Origin: a bacterium
Lineage (GTDB): Bacteria; Zixibacteria; MSB-5A5; GN15; FEB-12
Length of the DNA: 10,364 nucleotides
Assembly: GCA_043811375.1 (NCBI GenBank)
Contig: JBDRNJ010000059.1
Coordinates: forward strand, 1 to 10,364
Direction: 5' to 3'
The notes beneath the pieces are model-generated. The model saw only the letters and a list, made by a program, of their open reading frames with translations, was not told where the DNA came from and did not search any database. The position numbers and the translations under genes were made by a program. Position 1 is the stretch's first letter, and the number at the start of each line of letters is the position of its first letter. Shown here piece after piece: positions 6,319 to 10,364 of this stretch.

Positions 6319-8649
6319 CTATCTCAGGATAGCGAAATCAACACTGTTGTCAGAGCCACTCGCCCCCACCATGATACAATACCATTTGGAAAGTTGCAGT
6401 TCAGACATTTTGCTAACACAATACTCTCTAGCGGCGATTTTCTTAGAGGTCGTCAATTTCGGCTCAATAGTTACCGTTATTGCGCGCGAAAGCTCTTGGA
6501 ACGTCATGGAGAAATTCCCCCTTCTGTCTGACGTTTTGGCACGGGCTATTCTCTCTTCCAGAAGCTCTGCGAATTTCCTCCTGCTCTCATCATCCATGTT
6601 CAACAATGCAGTAGTAATCTCTGAAAAACCTCTTTTCTGAGTCCCTTCCAGCTTGTGGATTAGAACCCTCAAGGTGTCGGGTATATCCTGACGTGGCTTT
6701 TGAGGTTGCTGGCCGGCCTCAACGCGATAATAATAGTCGTCTATTGCATCGGTGTAGCCATTAAAAGAGACGATACTCATATCCTCGAGCTCCCGGTCCT
6801 CAAAGAACAGCCCTTCTGTAAGATAGACACCGAATAGATCAACTTCGTCTATGGACTTTATCACAGGCTGAGTATTGACTCTAATCCGCCTTTGTATATA
6901 GTGTAGAAGTTGAGTCGGAAACTCAGTCAGGTCAGTTATGATCCGCAGGTCATGGATTCCGACAGACCAGAACCACTCATCGCCTTTGGCAAGGCCGAGC
7001 TGTCTAACCGTATTTAGGTCGCCAGAAATTGGTCCTAAGGAGTCAAGGGTTACCGCAATCATGAATATCTCGTTCACGGTGGATTGTTCTATCCTGCATA
7101 CCTCTCTGTTCTTCTTGTCGAAGAACGCACATGTGTCGTTTCCCAGTATGTAATCGCGCGCCCGGAGACATTGATCAAAAGGCTTGTCAATGAGCTTCTT
7201 GATGTCCTTCCGTAAACGACTGACGCTACCTCGGCGTGCTTGAACTGATAACGTGCCGGCTTTCGCTTCAATTAGAATGAGCGTGGTGTCAAATAGAATA
7301 AGACCATCAAGCTCACACCGCTTTTCCTTGCCTTCCTCTGAAATCGTATAATAGAGATTGCTGTAAGCGTTGCATCCTGGAAGAGCCTTCGCCACACTGG
7401 AGAGCGAGGTCCGTTCAAGATATGAATTCCTCGCTGGCTCGTAGCGATTCTCAAAAAGCCTATTGTCGTCCTCTCGAATTAGGCCTTCTATGGCATCTCG
7501 AAGGTGGTATGACAGGGCATGACGTGCAAAACAAAAGTACTTCCCATCATGCTGCACAAATAGGCGGCGAGTGATAATGGAGTCATTTAATGGCCAGCCC
7601 TTCCAATCGCCTTCCAAGAAGGCTTTGTTTTCACCGAACCGACAGCTCAATAGCTTGATAATTCTCTCCTCTTCCGCGTCATCGGGCACCACCTCACACA
7701 ATTCTAGGCCGCTGAGAAAAGTATGATAACTCAACTCTTGAATCAGAGTTTTGACCTCGGGCAGATTCTCATATCCGCTACGGAATTGTTCCTCAGTCAT
7801 TCCCTTGCCAAGGTTCGTGTCATCACAGTACTTCTTGAATAACTCATGTGCCTCTTTAAGTTTCGCCATTTTCGTTGTGTCTTCTCGTAATCGAGATTGA
7901 AACTGCGAAGAAGCAATTCTTACTAAGTTGCGGATATTCTCAGCACGAAATCCGAATCTCTCGAACAATACGTCATTCAGAGGCTGCAATATCTCGACTG
8001 CTGTATCCAATTCGTGGTCTTTATAGGCGTCACCACGTCTAAGGAGTTGCCTTTGCATCATGAAGAAGCGCAGATCTCGCTCTGACTTGTCAAGATTGTC
8101 ATCTGCCAGTTCAGAGCTAAAATACTGGGAGGTTAACAACAGGATATCACGCGCGAGTTTTTGAACTTTCACAATATTCTCTTCAGAAGGAAGAGACTCA
8201 TTGTCTGAAGGCTCATCAGCCAGCGTTAGACTTAGAATGTAGTCCACGACGGTCGGACCTTTGTATTCTGATTCGGAATCCTTGTCACCGAATAGTATCA
8301 GATTGTACAGGGCTAATTCCCCAAGCAGATAGGCAGAGTCAATGTTTCTCAATGATTTGCGAAGACGAGCTATTTTTCTGTCTATCTCCTTCTTCAGTTT
8401 CGGTCTCATCTTTAGGATTAGTTTTCTTAATTTCCGATGTAACTGCCCTGACTTGAAGGAGGACATTGAAACAAGTCTACCGTGTCTCTCGAGCCTAATT
8501 GGACCCAATTGATAGGCCTCGACATCCACTGTCTTGTACAAGAGGCTTAATTTCGCCTTCTTGCCTCGGCTCCGTTTCATAAATGTGACTAATAGAGCAC
8601 TGATGACAATGATGGCTAGGAGCGCATATGGCAACCAAGACGAGATCAC
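6319..8649 (-). CDS. Large hypothetical protein, N-terminal transmembrane anchor, C-terminal-half PD-(D/E)xK / NERD-like nuclease motif
   Basis: 776-aa open frame; GTG start with SD AAGGAG 7 nt upstream; hydrophobic WLPYALLAIIVISALLVTFM then basic KRSRGKKAK; YLE...YSNLYY...CELDGLILFDTTLILIEAKAG (D-x11-E-x-K, about 7255-7317) followed by ...FDQC.RA..YI. Lower GC than the flanking genes. Confidence 0.8.
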   Translation of the reverse strand: MISSWLPYALLAIIVISALLVTFMKRSRGKKAKLSLLYKTVDVEAYQLGPIRLERHGRLVSMSSFKSGQLHRKLRKLILKMRPKLKKEIDRKIARLRKSLRNIDSAYLLGELALYNLILFGDKDSESEYKGPTVVDYILSLTLADEPSDNESLPSEENIVKVQKLARDILLLTSQYFSSELADDNLDKSERDLRFFMMQRQLLRRGDAYKDHELDTAVEILQPLNDVLFERFGFRAENIRNLVRIASSQFQSRLREDTTKMAKLKEAHELFKKYCDDTNLGKGMTEEQFRSGYENLPEVKTLIQELSYHTFLSGLELCEVVPDDAEEERIIKLLSCRFGENKAFLEGDWKGWPLNDSIITRRLFVQHDGKYFCFARHALSYHLRDAIEGLIREDDNRLFENRYEPARNSYLERTSLSSVAKALPGCNAYSNLYYTISEEGKEKRCELDGLILFDTTLILIEAKAGTLSVQARRGSVSRLRKDIKKLIDKPFDQCLRARDYILGNDTCAFFDKKNREVCRIEQSTVNEIFMIAVTLDSLGPISGDLNTVRQLGLAKGDEWFWSVGIHDLRIITDLTEFPTQLLHYIQRRIRVNTQPVIKSIDEVDLFGVYLTEGLFFEDRELEDMSIVSFNGYTDAIDDYYYRVEAGQQPQKPRQDIPDTLRVLIHKLEGTQKRGFSEITTALLNMDDESRRKFAELLEERIARAKTSDRRGNFSMTFQELSRAITVTIEPKLTTSKKIAAREYCVSKMSELQLSKWYCIMVGASGSDNSVDFAILR

Positions 8650-8841
8650 GCAGGGGCTCCTTTACCTGGATCCTCACCTAATTCTGAGTTCAGTTGAGTC
8701 AACATCTTTCGGTAAAGCCCGGTGCCCCACCGCCTGGGGCCTGTTGATAAACCTGCGTTTCACGTCATCGCCACGTCGCTTCGCTTTCAGAGATGACCTG
8801 GCAATATATTTCATGAACTATCCAGGTTAGATATCGCTGAT

Positions 8842-9189
8842 TTAACCCCAAAAACAACAAATAGCATCCTCGTCTACCAGTTCAAGGAACTTCTTTAGAT
8901 TCCGAATTTCCGGATGAGTGGGATGGCCGTGCCATTTCAAATCCCTCATCTGCCAGAATACTTTCCAAACTCTCTTGGTTCTAACATAGGTCGCTTTGGC
9001 AACAGGACATTCCATCTTCTCATCGGGGTCCAACCAAACGGGCCGAATTTCAAATATCTCGATGCTTTGACCATTAATCCTGAAACCGATATCCAGTTCA
9101 TCTCGAATATGCTCAGGTGGCCGGCGTTTCTCTACAAATGCGGCCACTTGCTTCTCGTACTTTCTTGTTTCGATTTCACTAAATGCCAT
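8842..9189 (-). CDS. DUF3024 domain protein
   Basis: MAFSEIE...RRPPEHIRDELD..FRI.GQSIEIFEIRP.W..P....E.PVAKATYV.....WKVFWQ..DLKWH......L..FLELVDED...CFWG is the pattern I recognise as DUF3024. Confidence 0.88.
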   Translation of the reverse strand: MAFSEIETRKYEKQVAAFVEKRRPPEHIRDELDIGFRINGQSIEIFEIRPVWLDPDEKMECPVAKATYVRTKRVWKVFWQMRDLKWHGHPTHPEIRNLKKFLELVDEDAICCFWG

Positions 9190-9392
9190 AATCTACCCAC
9201 CGTTATTTTGGCTGTGCCACCGCCGTCTAATCGTGATGCACATCAACTTTCAAGGCAACTTGCTACATCGTAATGCCGGCCAGTAGCCAACAGTTTACTA
9301 TAAGTTCCTTGCATATACCTCCTTGGGGCAATATAAACGATGATCCTACAAGTACAAACAGGAAACTTCAGCGCATACCGGGGATAAATCAA

Positions 9393-9519
9393 GCAGGTCG
9401 AGACCCCTTGCAATTTCGACAGATAGAAAAAGATGTCAGGACCACAAGGGTCCTGACCTACAAGACTTACGATTTCTTCAGGAAGATGTCAGGACCGCAG
9501 GGGTCCTGATCTACAAGAC
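9393..9519. repeat. REP cluster (REPIN/BIME-like): one inverted diverged copy plus two tandem 37-bp copies
   Basis: aagatgtcaggaccacaagggtcctgacctacaagac (9430-9466) and aagatgtcaggaccgcaggggtcctgatctacaagac (9483-9519) differ at 3 of 37 positions; each is a gtcaggacc/ggtcctgaY hairpin with CTAC at its foot. gcag-gtcgaga-ccccttgcaa-tttcgac (9393-9420) is an oppositely oriented relative. Confidence 0.85.
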
Positions 9520-9604
9520 CAGTATGGATAATCCCATGGAGCGGCGGTGTCAATCGTGTCCCTGGACCTTACCAGAATGCGGGATGATTCGACGATGTTT
9601 ACCA

Positions 9605-9632
9605 TTGCGCCTTGCGGTCATTTGCTTATACT
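9605..9632 (+). promoter_or_regulatory. Putative sigma70-type promoter for the DUF418 gene
   Basis: TTGCGC (9605-9610), 16-bp spacer, TATACT (9627-9632), 36 nt before the ATG. Confidence 0.4.
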
Positions 9633-9668
9633 CAATCATTAGTTGTCCACCCTTTCGGAGCCGAAATT

Positions 9669-10364
9669 ATGCCAGACACCCAACCTTCGAACGTAACTAC
9701 CCCGGAGCCGGCGACGCCAGTCGAACTCTCGAGACGCATTGAATCGCTCGATGTCCTCCGCGGCTTTGCCGTGCTGGGCATCCTGGTGATGAACATCCAA
9801 TCGTTTTCCATGGTCGATCCGGCCTATTTCAACCCGACCGTGTTCGGCGACTGGACCGGGATAAACTTCGCCGTCTGGCTGGTCTCCCACCTGTTCTTCG
9901 ACACCAAATTCATGACCCTGTTCACCTTGCTCTTTGGTGCCGGCATTGTGCTCATGGGCCGGCGTATAGAAGAGAAAGGTTACAGTCCGGCCAGTCTGCA
10001 TTATCGCCGTATCGTCTGGCTTCTGCTCTTCGGCCTGATACATGCCTATTTGCTATGGCACGGTGACGTCCTGGTCTGGTACAGTCTTAGTGCTCTGATA
10101 GCCTACCTTTTCTGGAGAGTACGACCCGGTTGGTTGCTGTTCTGGTCATTGCTGCTGATGTTGATCGGTACCGGTATCTACGCCCTGGCTCAATGGAGTA
10201 TCCCATTCTGGCCGCCCGACGCGATCAAGGGAAACGCCCAGTATTGGACACCTTCAGCCGAGGTGATAGCGCAGCGACTGGAGGCGTTCCAGGGTGGTTG
10301 GCTCGATCAAATGAGCGAACGGGTATCGGGAGCACTCATGTTGCACACGTTTATCTATCTGGTA
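9669..10364 (+). CDS. DUF418 / YeiB family integral membrane protein; runs off the 3' end of the window
   Basis: Not in the ORF track because it has no stop in the window. Manual translation: MPDTQPSNVTTPEPATPVELSRRIESLDVLRGFAVLGILVMNIQSFSM..PAYFNP...WLVSHLFFDTKFMTLFTLLFGAGIVLM...HYRRIVWLLLFGLIHAYLLWHGDVLVWYSL. SD GGAG at 9657-9660. Confidence 0.92.
   Translation, partial: MPDTQPSNVTTPEPATPVELSRRIESLDVLRGFAVLGILVMNIQSFSMVDPAYFNPTVFGDWTGINFAVWLVSHLFFDTKFMTLFTLLFGAGIVLMGRRIEEKGYSPASLHYRRIVWLLLFGLIHAYLLWHGDVLVWYSLSALIAYLFWRVRPGWLLFWSLLLMLIGTGIYALAQWSIPFWPPDAIKGNAQYWTPSAEVIAQRLEAFQGGWLDQMSERVSGALMLHTFIYLV

Noticed and set aside
9430..9519. Two 37-bp palindromic direct repeats resembling a mini CRISPR array
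   Set aside because: Spacer is only 16 bp, there are only two tandem copies plus dispersed and inverted relatives, and no cas genes; GTAG-plus-hairpin fits a REP.
9273..10043. ORF-track entries 9273..9509 (+), 9524..9742 (+) and 9639..10043 (-)
   Set aside because: They run through REP repeats or overlap the DUF418 gene in another frame or strand, and have no recognisable motifs.

Overview
Bacterial genomic window, probably from candidate phylum Zixibacteria (inferred only from the style of the C-terminal dockerin-like domain). From left to right: the 3' part of a giant Asp/Cys-rich thrombospondin type-3 repeat protein ending in a dockerin-like domain, followed by its terminator; a DinB-family gene; an intact comM/yifB AAA+ ATPase on the minus strand, preceded by a long rod-like hairpin and a TGACA-N5-TGTCA palindrome; a plus-strand operon (flavin-reductase-like, GNAT, DUF2461); a visibly lower-GC minus-strand islet (776-aa protein with an N-terminal membrane anchor and a PD-(D/E)xK/NERD-like motif, plus DUF3024 and a possible 23-aa ORF) bracketed by copies of one GTAG-type REP palindrome; and the 5' part of a DUF418/YeiB membrane protein absent from the ORF track. 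The best candidate for an undescribed system is the REP-flanked islet with its membrane-anchored nuclease-like gene. All family calls are by motif recognition, without database searches.
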